From positions 60,822-124,821 of the forward strand of contig CAZFRA010000001.1 in assembly GCA_964521165.1 (NCBI GenBank): 64,000 nucleotides of DNA, read 5' to 3'. The position numbers were made by a program, and so were the translations under genes. This document shows positions 37,145 through 47,261 of this stretch, in pieces (position 1 is the stretch's first letter; each line of letters opens with the position of its first letter). Under the pieces are notes generated by a model that saw only the letters and a program-made list of their open reading frames with translations, did no database searches and had not been told where the DNA came from. The DNA comes from an uncultured Lachnospiraceae bacterium (GTDB lineage: Bacteria; Bacillota; Clostridia; Christensenellales; UBA1242).

Positions 37145-37375
37145 CTAAAACCAAATGACTCTGTCGAAGAAAAGGACGGTGATGATATCGACAACCCAGA
37201 AGATTATTGGACAGATAATCAACATCAAAATTGCAAGGATGATTCCAAGCACACTACCTTTTGCAATTGATTTGCAAAGACGGTAAATTGCCCAAACAAT
37301 ATCAAGAACAGGCAAAGCCAAGATGAATTTCACAAGTCTTGGAAGTCCGTCGAACGCTTTAACTATCCCCTTCAT
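37145..37375 (-). CDS. Small two-TM membrane protein
   Basis: 76 aa with an AAGGAGGG SD. Two hydrophobic helices. Confidence 0.6.
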   Translation of the reverse strand: MKGIVKAFDGLPRLVKFILALPVLDIVWAIYRLCKSIAKGSVLGIILAILMLIICPIIFWVVDIITVLFFDRVIWF

Positions 37376-37425
37376 ATTTCCCTCCTTTTAAAATTTTATA
37401 TGTTGGCATTCTTAACAAAAACGAA

Positions 37426-38175
37426 CTAACTCTTTTTTGTTAAGAAAGTCCACCATAGCATTGCCTTGAAAAGATTTCCCCAATAAGTCAGCCTTGCAGA
37501 ATCGAGCAAATCTTTACAAATTCTTACTTCTTGCGGCGTCAGCAATTCGCTCAGAATTTTGAGAGCATAAATTGAAGCCGCCTTTTCCACTTTAACTTCC
37601 AAATATTTCATATATAGTGTGGTCAAGAAGATGAAAAAACTTACTCCAAAAAATGCGATACCAATATATACGACATAATCTGGCAAAATTGTTATCACAC
37701 CCAAAATTGAAAGAACCAATCCGATGAGCATACAAGGAATGAAGAATTTATTAATCAGTTGGTTTTTCTTCCTTTTTTGCCAGTGCTTTGTGAGTTCGCC
37801 TTTTTCGAATTGTACTGCGTGCCCGAATTCGTGACTCACTGTCGCCAGCGATGCCAAACTGTTGGAAGCACGCGTCGAAGGACTAAGTGCAATCACTCCC
37901 GGTGAGAAGTGGTCGCGATATTCTTCGCAAGTTTCCACTTTTAAACGACCTTTAAGATGATTTGCCTGCACATATTCCACCAAATCATTGACGGTCATAT
38001 TCTGAGAATTGGCATAATTCATCGCCTTCTCACGATTTTCCTTAAAGTTGTCAAACGAAAAGTTGGCAACAGCAAGACAGAAAAAGATGAGAAATAGAAG
38101 AACAACTCCAAGTCCAATGACGATATATACCCACATAACAATATTATACACCTTTTTTTTATTAATTGCAAACAC
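37426..38175 (-). CDS. Membrane zinc metallopeptidase (YugP-like)
   Basis: 249 aa with HEFGHAVQ and flanking TM helices. The GTG start overlaps the PBP stop by 1 nt. ATG at 38136 is an alternative start. Confidence 0.7.
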   Translation of the reverse strand: MFAINKKKVYNIVMWVYIVIGLGVVLLFLIFFCLAVANFSFDNFKENREKAMNYANSQNMTVNDLVEYVQANHLKGRLKVETCEEYRDHFSPGVIALSPSTRASNSLASLATVSHEFGHAVQFEKGELTKHWQKRKKNQLINKFFIPCMLIGLVLSILGVITILPDYVVYIGIAFFGVSFFIFLTTLYMKYLEVKVEKAASIYALKILSELLTPQEVRICKDLLDSARLTYWGNLFKAMLWWTFLTKKS

Positions 38176-40073
38176 TATGCAGTAGAAATTAAAATTGTTT
38201 CGCCTTCATAGCAAATTGTACCAGCCGGCGGCAATTGTCCAGTCACAATTCCACCGTCGCCGTCAATTTCGTAGTACAACTTTAAAGTTGCCAAAAGTGC
38301 CGTCGCTTTTGCCAAACTCATACCAACAAGATTTGGCATAACCACCGCAATACGCGTTGCTGTTTCATCATCTTTTGCACGGTCTAAATATTCAAAAAGT
38401 TGTGAGAAAAATTCTTTACCATAAGGTGCTGCCACAATTGAGCCGTAATACGCACCAGCACTCGGTTCGTCCACTATTATCATAAAGATATATTCTGGAT
38501 TGTCAGCAGGATAAGTCCCGATGAAACTTGCTATATATTTTCCCTGCGCAATTTGCCCGCTCTCATCATATTTCTGTGCCGTCCCTGTCTTTCCGCCAAC
38601 ATTATATCCTTCCACAAAAGTGTATTCGCCCGTCTTGTTCGTGGCGAGTTCTAAAAGTGAATTTATAGTTTCGCTTGTTGTTTTGGAAACTAATCTTTTG
38701 GTGGAAATTTGCGGAGAGTAAGTGGTGTTACCATTCACATCCACAATTTTTTCAACCACAGTTGGTGTAGTATAAACGCCGCCGTTGACAATTCCGGCAA
38801 CAATTGAAAATAATTGAATTGGAGTGACGGCAATGGCGTGCCCAAACCCTATGCGTGCCAAATCCACTGTTTTGACATTTTCCTTTGCCATAATTATACC
38901 AGAACTTTCACCTTGCAAAGAGATACCCGTCTTTTCGCCTACGCCAAATTTTTCCAAATATTCATAAAACTTATCCACACCCAGTCGTAAGGCAAGATCA
39001 ATAAAGCAACAGTTACACGAATTGGCAAACGCTTCTGCAAGAGTTTGTGTGCCGTGACCTATTGTTTTCCAACACTTAATCTTTTGTCCATCCACAATTC
39101 GATAACCAGGACAATAAAAAGTGTCTTCCAGCGAAACAACCCCTTCTTCAAGCGCCATTGCAAGTGTCAAAATTTTGAAAGTGGAGCCGGGTTCAAATGA
39201 GTCGGTTATGGCGTTAAGACGAGAATAATTGAAAAGACTTTCCAAATCATCACGCGGTGGGTCATTTAAATCAAAACTAGGCTTTGTCGACATCGCCAAA
39301 ATCTCGCCTGTTTGCGCATTCATAACCAAACCGGTCACCGATTTCGCTTGTTGTTCTTCATACGCCTTCGTCAAAACGCTTTCCAAAATAATTTGAATTT
39401 TGCTGTCGATTGTAAGATAAATATCATCACCTGCAACGCCTTCGACATAATAGCGCATACTTCCGCCGATTTCCTTACCTTGCAAATCACTTTGAACATA
39501 ACTATATCCGTCAACACCGGTGAGATAATTGTTGAAATACGCTTCCACGCCAGATTGCCCTGTGCCGTCAATACTTGTGAAGCCGATAAGTTGTGTTAAA
39601 AGGTCACCATAGACATAATATCGCCCGACATTTTCAGAAAGATATACGCCATCAAGATTGAGTGAATAAATTTCTTCCGCCAAATCAGCATCAATTTGCA
39701 TTTTCAAAAGAGTTTCCGAAACATTCTTATTGCTCACTTTGGTGAGTGTGCTGGAATAATTAAGTCCAAGAAGGTCGGCTAACTTTTCCGCCGTATCTTC
39801 CGCATCTGTCACTTCCTTGCCACGAACATAAACATTGTAGGTGGTGTAAGAAACTGCCAAAGTGTCGCCGGTGGAGTCATATATCGTGCCACGCGGAGCG
39901 GTTAACGACAAATCGCGAGTCCACTGGTCAGTCGCACGAATTTGCAGACTTTTGCCGTTTATGATTTGAACAACAAAAAGCCTCACACCCAAGGTCAATG
40001 CGAGAAGAATTAAAACTAAAAATATTGCCATAATTCTCTTTTGCATTGAATATAAGGTGTAAGGCTTTTCCAT
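38175..40073 (-). CDS. Class B penicillin-binding protein (FtsI/PBP2B-like) with a C-terminal PASTA domain
   Basis: 632 aa with an N-terminal TM helix. Motifs SxxK (GSTFK), SxN (SCN) and KTGT. The C-terminal segment PNLVGMSLAKATALL...GGIVTGQLPPAG is PASTA-like. Confidence 0.85.
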   Translation of the reverse strand: MEKPYTLYSMQKRIMAIFLVLILLALTLGVRLFVVQIINGKSLQIRATDQWTRDLSLTAPRGTIYDSTGDTLAVSYTTYNVYVRGKEVTDAEDTAEKLADLLGLNYSSTLTKVSNKNVSETLLKMQIDADLAEEIYSLNLDGVYLSENVGRYYVYGDLLTQLIGFTSIDGTGQSGVEAYFNNYLTGVDGYSYVQSDLQGKEIGGSMRYYVEGVAGDDIYLTIDSKIQIILESVLTKAYEEQQAKSVTGLVMNAQTGEILAMSTKPSFDLNDPPRDDLESLFNYSRLNAITDSFEPGSTFKILTLAMALEEGVVSLEDTFYCPGYRIVDGQKIKCWKTIGHGTQTLAEAFANSCNCCFIDLALRLGVDKFYEYLEKFGVGEKTGISLQGESSGIIMAKENVKTVDLARIGFGHAIAVTPIQLFSIVAGIVNGGVYTTPTVVEKIVDVNGNTTYSPQISTKRLVSKTTSETINSLLELATNKTGEYTFVEGYNVGGKTGTAQKYDESGQIAQGKYIASFIGTYPADNPEYIFMIIVDEPSAGAYYGSIVAAPYGKEFFSQLFEYLDRAKDDETATRIAVVMPNLVGMSLAKATALLATLKLYYEIDGDGGIVTGQLPPAGTICYEGETILISTA

Positions 40074-40838
40074 CTACCCTCCAAATATTCCTGCTATGAA
40101 ATTCGCCAAATTATCAAACCAATTTGTCGTCTCACCAACCGATGACGGCGGGTTTAAATCTTCTGGATATGTTTCCAAAAAGTCTAAACTTTTATTGGTC
40201 GCGTTTAAGTTGTTGATGTTGCGTAAGTATGTGATTAGGTTCAGGCTGTATTCGTCTTGCAATTCGATGTATGCCGATTGAAGATTGTCAATCATCACCG
40301 TTCCTGCCACACAACCGATTGTGGCAATTGCCAGCGCGCACGCCACTGCAACCGTTTTCCACTTACTTTTCTTTTTTGATTTTGTCGTCTTTTTGCTTTC
40401 TGGAATGAAATCATAATTCGGCTTTTCGATAACAAGTTTTCTGACAGGTTTTTTCCCTTGCACTTCAATAGTCTCATCTTTGAATGCCACTTCCGGTTCT
40501 TCCACGGTTTCCGCTTTTTCTTCGACAAATTTTTGGACTATTTTTTCTCTTTCCTTTACCAACCTTTCTTTTTCTTGTTCTTCAAGTTCTTTTTTTACAT
40601 CGGATATTGTCAAGTTCTCAAAGTTGGAAACATAGGCGTTTGTTTGTGGCACTTCTTCCACCACTTCTTCCACTTTTTTAGGCTCACTTTGAGTGATGGA
40701 TACCGAAAATGTCTGCAAACTTTCTTTCTTTAAAACAACCTTTTTGGCAGTTTGTTCTTTTTTCTCTTGATTTGCAACTTCGTTTTCTTGTTTTACAATC
40801 TCTTCTTCTTTTTCGATTGTCGTTTTTATCCTGTCCAT
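40074..40838 (-). CDS. Bitopic membrane protein in the FtsL position (Glu/Lys-rich N-terminus, single TM, short C-terminal ectodomain)
   Basis: The track ORF starts at TTG 40880. ATG at 40838 (MDRIKTTIEKE) has a GGGGG SD 12 nt upstream. TM helix: WKTVAVACALAIATIGCVAGTVMI. The start is uncertain. Confidence 0.55.
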   Translation of the reverse strand: MDRIKTTIEKEEEIVKQENEVANQEKKEQTAKKVVLKKESLQTFSVSITQSEPKKVEEVVEEVPQTNAYVSNFENLTISDVKKELEEQEKERLVKEREKIVQKFVEEKAETVEEPEVAFKDETIEVQGKKPVRKLVIEKPNYDFIPESKKTTKSKKKSKWKTVAVACALAIATIGCVAGTVMIDNLQSAYIELQDEYSLNLITYLRNINNLNATNKSLDFLETYPEDLNPPSSVGETTNWFDNLANFIAGIFGG

Positions 40839-40880
40839 ATAATATATTAACCCCCTTGTTTTTTTATGAAACAAAAGCAA

Positions 40881-41816
40881 CTATATTTTTTCGACAACAC
40901 GCAATTTTGCCGATGTTGAACGCGAATTTTCTTTTTGCTCTTCTACCGTTGCAATAAGCGGTTTTTTGTTTGCAAGTTTGATTTGCACCTTATGTTGACA
41001 AATGCAAATTGGTGTTTTGGGCGGGCACAAACAATTTGTACTTTCTTTTTTAAAAACATTTTTAACAATGCGATCTTCAAGACTGTGAAAAGTCAAAACT
41101 GCCATTCTGCCACCGACATTCAAAAGGTCAATAAACTCTTCCAAACATTCGGCAAGTCCGTCCAACTCGCCATTGACTTCAATTCGAATTGCTTGAAAAA
41201 CTTTTTTGCTGGCACCACCACGAGAATACACCACTTTTTTAGGCATACTTTTTTCGATTATATCACGCAGTTCAAAAGTGGTTTCAATCTTTTTCTTTTG
41301 GCGCTCAAGCACAATGTTTCTCGCAATCGGTTTAGCAAATTCTTCTTCGCCATATTTAAAAAATATCTCTCTTAACCTTTCTTCGCTGTATGAATTGACA
41401 ATGTCGAACGCTGTCAAAGTGTTTTCACTTTTGTTCATTCGCATATCAAGTTTGCCGTTATGTAAGAAACTGAACCCCCGCTCACCGTCGTCGATTTGGT
41501 GCGAACTGACACCCAAATCAATCAAAACGCCGTCCACTTTCGTGATACCGTTATCTCGCAAAAACTGCGGCGCGTTTTTGAAGTTAAGCTTCGTTAAAAC
41601 CACGCGATCATCATAGTATTTAAGACGATTTTTGCTCGCTTCAATCGCTTCGTCATCTCGGTCAAAACCATAAAGCGTGCCCGTTTTCAATCTCTTCACA
41701 ATTTCCAAAGAATGCCCGGCGCCACCAATCGTGCAATCAACATAGATGCCATCTTTTTTTATATTCAACTCAGCAATCACTTCTTTGAGCATAATTGGTG
41801 TATGTTTAAATTCCAC
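40881..41816 (-). CDS. rsmH: 16S rRNA (cytosine1402-N4)-methyltransferase
   Basis: 311 aa. GTG start with a GGAGG SD 5 nt upstream. Motifs HTPIML.EV, YVDCTIGGAGHS, DLGVSSHQ.D and ERGFSF. Confidence 0.9.
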   Translation of the reverse strand: MEFKHTPIMLKEVIAELNIKKDGIYVDCTIGGAGHSLEIVKRLKTGTLYGFDRDDEAIEASKNRLKYYDDRVVLTKLNFKNAPQFLRDNGITKVDGVLIDLGVSSHQIDDGERGFSFLHNGKLDMRMNKSENTLTAFDIVNSYSEERLREIFFKYGEEEFAKPIARNIVLERQKKKIETTFELRDIIEKSMPKKVVYSRGGASKKVFQAIRIEVNGELDGLAECLEEFIDLLNVGGRMAVLTFHSLEDRIVKNVFKKESTNCLCPPKTPICICQHKVQIKLANKKPLIATVEEQKENSRSTSAKLRVVEKI

Positions 41817-44735
41817 TTATGCCTCCACACTTGAATCGCCGAAGAAAAATTTAATAAAGGCCTCTTTAATATCATCATTCAACTCCGATTGTCCGATTGC
41901 TGTTTTTATACTATCTTCATAAGTTTCAATTTTGCTAAGCACTTCTGAAAGTCCTTCATCGTCAAGCAAGGAAGTGATTGAACTTGCTGTTTCAATAACA
42001 GTGGCAATATCCTCAAACTCAAGGTTATCCACTGTTGTTTCAAGTGCCGAAATAAACCCTATTAAATCACCCTCATCAAAACTTACATTTCCAATATTAT
42101 TTGCCAGTTCAACACCAAATTTCAAAACATCGATAAGTGAAGCCATTGTGGTTTCGTATGCAATTCCAAAATATCCATCGTCAGCAGTGTCAGCATTCAA
42201 AAATTCTTTAACTTGCGTCGCATACTCAAACTCAGTATTGCCTGACACTTGAATCACATTATCTTCAGCGACTTCGCCAGTTAAATACCAAATTATACTG
42301 TTGAAAATTTCCTTAAACACACCACCATTTGTCGTTTGTGCATTCTCTTTTAATATATCGAGAATGGCACCAGCCGTTGTGAGTATATCAGCAAATTCTT
42401 CGGTGTCAATATCAGCAATTTCATCAATAAGGGCACAAATTTCGCTGACATATTTTTCTCGCAATTCATCGTTGGTATAAACATCTTCAAAATCTGTGTT
42501 AATTGTAACACCAGTAAGTTCACCTATCTTTTCGTCCAAAATGTTAAATATTTGCTTATTGAGATTGTTGAACATATCGTTGCCGAAAAGGACATTCAAA
42601 AGTTTTTCCAAGTCGTCATTATCGTTCATAACAGAAACGAGAGTGAGATAATCTTCACTTCCAGATACACTGTTTAACATATAATCTAAATATGTGACAT
42701 CTTCATCATATTCTCCGCTCAAACTTTCGACAAGTTCTGCAACTGAAACGAGCGCCTCTTTCCAAGTTTCATAGCCAGCATCAAGTTCTGGAAGAGTGAT
42801 ATATTGGTTTAAATTCTCGTCTATTAAATCGACAATCGTTTTAAAGATGAGTTCTCTCAAAGTTTGTCCTTGAATTGTCGCCTTATCAAGTTCATAGATT
42901 GGCATCAAGATGTCTGCAAGGTAGTTATAGTTCGGTTCATTACCACAAATGCCAGTGATAAGGATATCCATAATATCGTCAAAACTAATTTCTGCGCTGA
43001 AAATAACATCCGCAAGTCCGCTGTCAACCACTGTGCTGATTGGTGTTTTCAAGTATTCAAAGAAGGCTTCGTATGTGGAAAGTGTAATATTTCCTTGGCT
43101 GTCTTCATCATAAACTTCATCGCCTAGAACGTCGACTCCAAAAGTAATCAAAATATTTTCCACAACGCTTACCTGCTTGTTATCAAGTTCGTATGAGAAA
43201 ATTGGCATTGCATTGATGTCGTCAAGAATCCCACCTAAATCGACAAGCGCGTCTTCAATATTTTCAATATTGAGAATTTCTTCAAGAAGGTTTTCGCTAA
43301 AGTCGATACTCAAAATGTTATATTCTTCATTGAGAGCGTTGAGGCGAATAACCACAGATTCGTCACCTTCCAAAAGTTTGGAAATTGTTTCTTTAAAATC
43401 GTCAATTGTTGCATTTTCGTTCAAAGCAACCACCACATCTTCATCGTTCGCAAACATTCCTGCAAGTAGTTGGTCGTTGACGAGTTGAACAACCACTGGT
43501 AAACCGTCAGTAACAAGATTCAAGTCGGTCACGCTTTGGAGTATGGATGCAAAAGTGTTGTTATTGTCAACAACATATGCCAATATATCAGCTATTTTAG
43601 CATCAAAAAGGTTTTCAATTACGCCGTTAAACAATTCTTCGACAATATCGAGAATAGTGTTTATGTCTGAAGAAAGATAGGCGTAAGCATCAAAATCTTC
43701 GGAACTAAATTTTTCCTGTAAAATATCAATAAATTCTTGCGCAACATCTGGCAAAACTTCTCTCAAAGGTTGTCCGCTGAAAGTTATGTCGTCAATGTTG
43801 ACAATAATATCTTTAATCGTGTTTGTTATCACAGTTTTGAAAAGACCGTTTTGCACAACATACTTAACTGCGGCTTTAAAATCGGAGATATCGATATTAT
43901 AATTTCCGTCAGAAATATTGTTATACACCACAACAAAAGAATTGTAAGCATTGGCGATAGAAACAATTTCTTCGCGAATGTAAATTTTTTCGCCATCTAT
44001 TTCAAAACTGGATAAACCATCAAACATCGCATCGTCGAAACCACCAAGCGAACATATTTTACCAATCGCCGAGTTATTATATGCAAGGACAATTTCGTTG
44101 ACAGTACTTGGAATTGTTTGCGAAGCATAATCACCGATAGTGAGTAAATAGCCGTTCTCATCATCAGTGGCAGTTGTGGTCACGCTGGTTGTGACAAGTT
44201 CAGCGTATGTGTTTGTGAGAGATGTTATCGGCGCAAAAAGCACAATCATAAAAAGAAATGCTTCAATCATTCCAATAAAAGCACCATAAAGGCGGTGTGG
44301 TTTGTGTTGTTTAAAGTCTTTGCGTTTAGAGCCAAAACTTATTCTTGCCACAATAACATAAATAATTCCCAAAATAAAATAGACAAGAAGTAAAATAAAG
44401 ATAAAAACAATTGGATTTAGCACTGCTCCCGGCAACTCTTGAATAAAAGACGATAACGAGTCAAAATTTGACAGGTCAATTAAGTTGTTGGAAATAAAAT
44501 ACAAAATATATTCTTTCAAAGTAAATGTTGTGCCGTCACTTGATTGCGCAATGTTGATGTTCATAAGTAAATTGGTAATGAGTGGCGTGATAAAAAAAGC
44601 GATGATAACGCTTGCCACCGCAAACAAGACATGAGTGGATGCACGTTTAACACCTTTTCGTAAACCGGCCAAAAATCCAATTATAAGCACAATCGCGACA
44701 AGCGCAATACTGCCATATAAGAAATAATTTGCCAT
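41817..44735 (-). CDS. 972-aa protein with an N-terminal multi-TM (CvpA-like) module and a long, highly acidic helical region
   Basis: Strong SD agggaggggagttATG. About 5 TM helices in the first 170 aa, then about 800 aa rich in D/E/I/L/N. The stop abuts the rsmH start. Confidence 0.7.
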   Translation of the reverse strand: MANYFLYGSIALVAIVLIIGFLAGLRKGVKRASTHVLFAVASVIIAFFITPLITNLLMNINIAQSSDGTTFTLKEYILYFISNNLIDLSNFDSLSSFIQELPGAVLNPIVFIFILLLVYFILGIIYVIVARISFGSKRKDFKQHKPHRLYGAFIGMIEAFLFMIVLFAPITSLTNTYAELVTTSVTTTATDDENGYLLTIGDYASQTIPSTVNEIVLAYNNSAIGKICSLGGFDDAMFDGLSSFEIDGEKIYIREEIVSIANAYNSFVVVYNNISDGNYNIDISDFKAAVKYVVQNGLFKTVITNTIKDIIVNIDDITFSGQPLREVLPDVAQEFIDILQEKFSSEDFDAYAYLSSDINTILDIVEELFNGVIENLFDAKIADILAYVVDNNNTFASILQSVTDLNLVTDGLPVVVQLVNDQLLAGMFANDEDVVVALNENATIDDFKETISKLLEGDESVVIRLNALNEEYNILSIDFSENLLEEILNIENIEDALVDLGGILDDINAMPIFSYELDNKQVSVVENILITFGVDVLGDEVYDEDSQGNITLSTYEAFFEYLKTPISTVVDSGLADVIFSAEISFDDIMDILITGICGNEPNYNYLADILMPIYELDKATIQGQTLRELIFKTIVDLIDENLNQYITLPELDAGYETWKEALVSVAELVESLSGEYDEDVTYLDYMLNSVSGSEDYLTLVSVMNDNDDLEKLLNVLFGNDMFNNLNKQIFNILDEKIGELTGVTINTDFEDVYTNDELREKYVSEICALIDEIADIDTEEFADILTTAGAILDILKENAQTTNGGVFKEIFNSIIWYLTGEVAEDNVIQVSGNTEFEYATQVKEFLNADTADDGYFGIAYETTMASLIDVLKFGVELANNIGNVSFDEGDLIGFISALETTVDNLEFEDIATVIETASSITSLLDDEGLSEVLSKIETYEDSIKTAIGQSELNDDIKEAFIKFFFGDSSVEA

Positions 44736-44762
44736 AACTCCCCTCCCTACTCTTTATTTTTT

Positions 44763-44791
44763 ATTATAAACTAAATTGTTTTTAAATACAA
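44763..44791 (-). promoter_or_regulatory. Candidate promoter of the dcw-like operon
   Basis: Minus strand: TTGTAT (44791-44786), a 17-nt spacer, then TATAAT (44768-44763). Confidence 0.5.
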
Positions 44792-44833
44792 ACATTTTTG
44801 ATTGATTTTACAAGTTAAGATTTTGTTTTTGAT

Positions 44834-44871
44834 ACAAAAAAAGAATTTTCGACAAATTTTTACGAAAATTC
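44834..44871 (-). terminator. Rho-independent terminator
   Basis: Minus strand: GAATTTTCG-taaaaatttgt-CGAAAATTC followed by T7, right after the stop at 44872. Confidence 0.75.
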
Positions 44872-45984
44872 TTAAACCTTTTCCCTATTTGTTAACTCCT
44901 TGTTTGTTAACTCTTTCTGAGTTTGTGATGCGCAAACTTCATCAATAATTTGATTGTATTCTTCAAAAATTTCTTTCACAGCATCTTCTTTAAAAGCATA
45001 TAGTTGTTCCTTTATATCTTTTTCCAACACCCTATCTTGACCATTTAAAAATAAAAGTTCTTGGAAAATTTGTTTTTTTGGAAGAAAGGTATTTTTGTGA
45101 TTTAAACAGCAAATAATTGTTTCTTTGTCACCAAGTTTTTCCGCTTCTTCAAAAATATATTTCACAATTTTCTTATCCGAATATAGCGACAAATAAGCAT
45201 CAACAGCCACACTTAAAGATCCAAATTCTTGGTAGCAATTATACAAAATTTTCTCTTCATAATCTTTAGGCTTTTCTCTCACCACTTGAAAAAGTCTTTT
45301 CATTAAATAAAAATTAATGTGTTTGGCACTGGAATAAGCTCCATAATAATATTCTTTGCGTGACAAAAGAAGTGAAAACTCTTTTTTATCATTCTTTTTA
45401 TTTTCTTTTGATAAATAGTCTATGATTCTGCAAAGATATTTGTTGTTATTATCGTCTTTTAAATCGTTTATCAATTTTTTCACCAATCGGCTGGCATATC
45501 CTCGCGCATCTCTTTCGGAAATGGAAAAATATTCAAGTGTAAAGAGTCCGGGAATTTCATCATATGGAATTAGGTAATACAAAAATCGGTTCATATCTTT
45601 CAATGGAAAAGGAGATTGTTTGAAAAAAGTTGGTTTTTTAAATCTCTTTTTATTTCTCTCATATTGGTATTGATGTCTAAATTCGTGCGCAAGTGTGTTC
45701 AAAAACTTGTATAACGAATTTTTGTTTTGAGAAATATTTATCTTAACAATATTGGATTTATAGAGATAAGAGCCATAAAACTCGCCTTTTTTGACAAATT
45801 CAAGTTTACCTTGCGACAAAGACAAATCGCCTAGGCAATATTCGCAAAAAAGTGCAACGACAGCCCCAATATCTACCTTTTTTTGACTTAAAACCACTTT
45901 TAACTCGTCGATAATTTTCTGTTTGTTTCTAATATTATTAACTATCATCTCAATGAGTTTAACACGGTTTTCCCACTTTGTCAA
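44872..45984 (-). CDS. Hypothetical protein with an HExxH motif
   Basis: 370-aa ORF containing LAHEFRHQYQ. The start is a TTG with no SD, so the N-terminus is uncertain. Confidence 0.5.
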   Translation of the reverse strand: MTKWENRVKLIEMIVNNIRNKQKIIDELKVVLSQKKVDIGAVVALFCEYCLGDLSLSQGKLEFVKKGEFYGSYLYKSNIVKINISQNKNSLYKFLNTLAHEFRHQYQYERNKKRFKKPTFFKQSPFPLKDMNRFLYYLIPYDEIPGLFTLEYFSISERDARGYASRLVKKLINDLKDDNNNKYLCRIIDYLSKENKKNDKKEFSLLLSRKEYYYGAYSSAKHINFYLMKRLFQVVREKPKDYEEKILYNCYQEFGSLSVAVDAYLSLYSDKKIVKYIFEEAEKLGDKETIICCLNHKNTFLPKKQIFQELLFLNGQDRVLEKDIKEQLYAFKEDAVKEIFEEYNQIIDEVCASQTQKELTNKELTNREKV

Positions 45985-46224
45985 TATTAAAAATTAAAAA
46001 TTAATAAAAAATACGATTTTTTATTAAAAAAATAGAAAATATTTAATTTTTTATTAAAAAAATAATTATTTTTTATCAAAAATTAAAAAAATAAATAATA
46101 ATAAATAAAAAACAAGATAAATATCATAATTTGGAGCGAAAAAATATCTCAAATAAATCAAATATTAAAAAAATAAGCATTTTTTTGCTTATTTTTTTCT
46201 TTTTTTAAAACATTTTTTTAATTT

Positions 46225-47085
46225 TTAATATCCAAATGCTCTGTCGCTAATTGTTCGGCAATTTTCTAAACTCTTCATTACACTGATTGTGTCTGGCGCT
46301 AAAAAGTCTTGATTCATCATTAATGGCATATCGTCGTTTTCAAAACTTTTAAGAAATTCCATTGCTCTATGTGGAAAAGCACCAGCGCCGTCATAAGCAC
46401 CAAGTATCGTTTTATTTGCGTGGTTGATTTGGTACAACTTTTTCTCTGGATTTGAAGACTTTTTGTTTATGCAAATACCAGAATCTCTCGAAATCAAAAT
46501 AATGTTGAAGAAGGAAGATTCTGCAACCAAAAGTCCGTCCTTTAACGGCATATTATTTTTGTCTAAAAAGTAACCCTTGTCATAATATTTTTCGGCAAGT
46601 TTGCCGGTAACGCGTTTAAATTCTTGAATGGAAGAGTCTTCAATTTCCAAAACCAACATTCTTTCTTCGATAAACTTTTTGGCAAAACTGTTTTTTCCTT
46701 TTAAAATTTCACTTCGCACGCCCGGCAAACAGCACAAAACAATGTCACCCTTTTTGTTCACGTGCTTTTTCAAAAATATTTCTTGTGTTTCTTCATCTCG
46801 CACTTTATCCATTTTGGTAAAAATATTTCTTTTGATGAGAGATTTGAGCGCTTTTACATAACTTTCCGACCAAGTGCGTTTGTATTGCCCGCGCAAGAAA
46901 TCTGCCATATCAATCAAAATGCAAGAGTCGAGAGCAATGTATGTAAGTTCATTATGTTTGCGTTTTTGTTTTGAAATTCCATATAGCGTTTGGCGTATGT
47001 ATGGTTCCTTTGCTTGTGGTCCTTGTGGTTTTTGGTTTACACTGCGCGGTTTTGAATCATTTCCGCGAAACATATTTCTTGACAT
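46225..47085 (-). CDS. Hypothetical protein with a possible PIN-like nuclease fold
   Basis: 286 aa with SD aaagggagaaaatATG. YIALDSCILID near the N-terminus and DGLLVAESSFFNIILISRDSG later match the acidic-residue spacing of PIN domains by eye only. Confidence 0.55.
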   Translation of the reverse strand: MSRNMFRGNDSKPRSVNQKPQGPQAKEPYIRQTLYGISKQKRKHNELTYIALDSCILIDMADFLRGQYKRTWSESYVKALKSLIKRNIFTKMDKVRDEETQEIFLKKHVNKKGDIVLCCLPGVRSEILKGKNSFAKKFIEERMLVLEIEDSSIQEFKRVTGKLAEKYYDKGYFLDKNNMPLKDGLLVAESSFFNIILISRDSGICINKKSSNPEKKLYQINHANKTILGAYDGAGAFPHRAMEFLKSFENDDMPLMMNQDFLAPDTISVMKSLENCRTISDRAFGY

Positions 47086-47143
47086 ATTTTCTCCCTTTCG
47101 ATACTTGCCAGTTTTTCCGCCGGCACTATCCTTTCATATAAAT

Positions 47144-47172
47144 ATCATATACTAAACCGAACAAAAAATCAA
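47144..47172 (-). promoter_or_regulatory. Candidate promoter of 46225-47085
   Basis: Minus strand: TTGATT, a 17-nt spacer, then TATGAT. Confidence 0.5.
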
Positions 47173-47206
47173 TAGGTTTTTTCAAAATTTTTTTAAATTT
47201 TTTAAC

Positions 47207-47240
47207 CAAAAAAAACAAGGTTTTATTCCCTTGCTTTTTA
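47207..47240 (-). terminator. Terminator of the glycolipid operon
   Basis: Minus strand: GCAAGG-gaataaaa-CCTTG followed by T8. Confidence 0.55.
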
Positions 47241-47261
47241 TCACTTTTTTACGTACATCAA

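Noticed and set aside
45985-46224. Replication origin or DnaA-box cluster in the 240-bp nearly pure-AT spacer
   Set aside because: I could find no TTATCCACA-like DnaA boxes. dnaA and dnaN are absent from the window, and recF here is not in its origin-proximal context.
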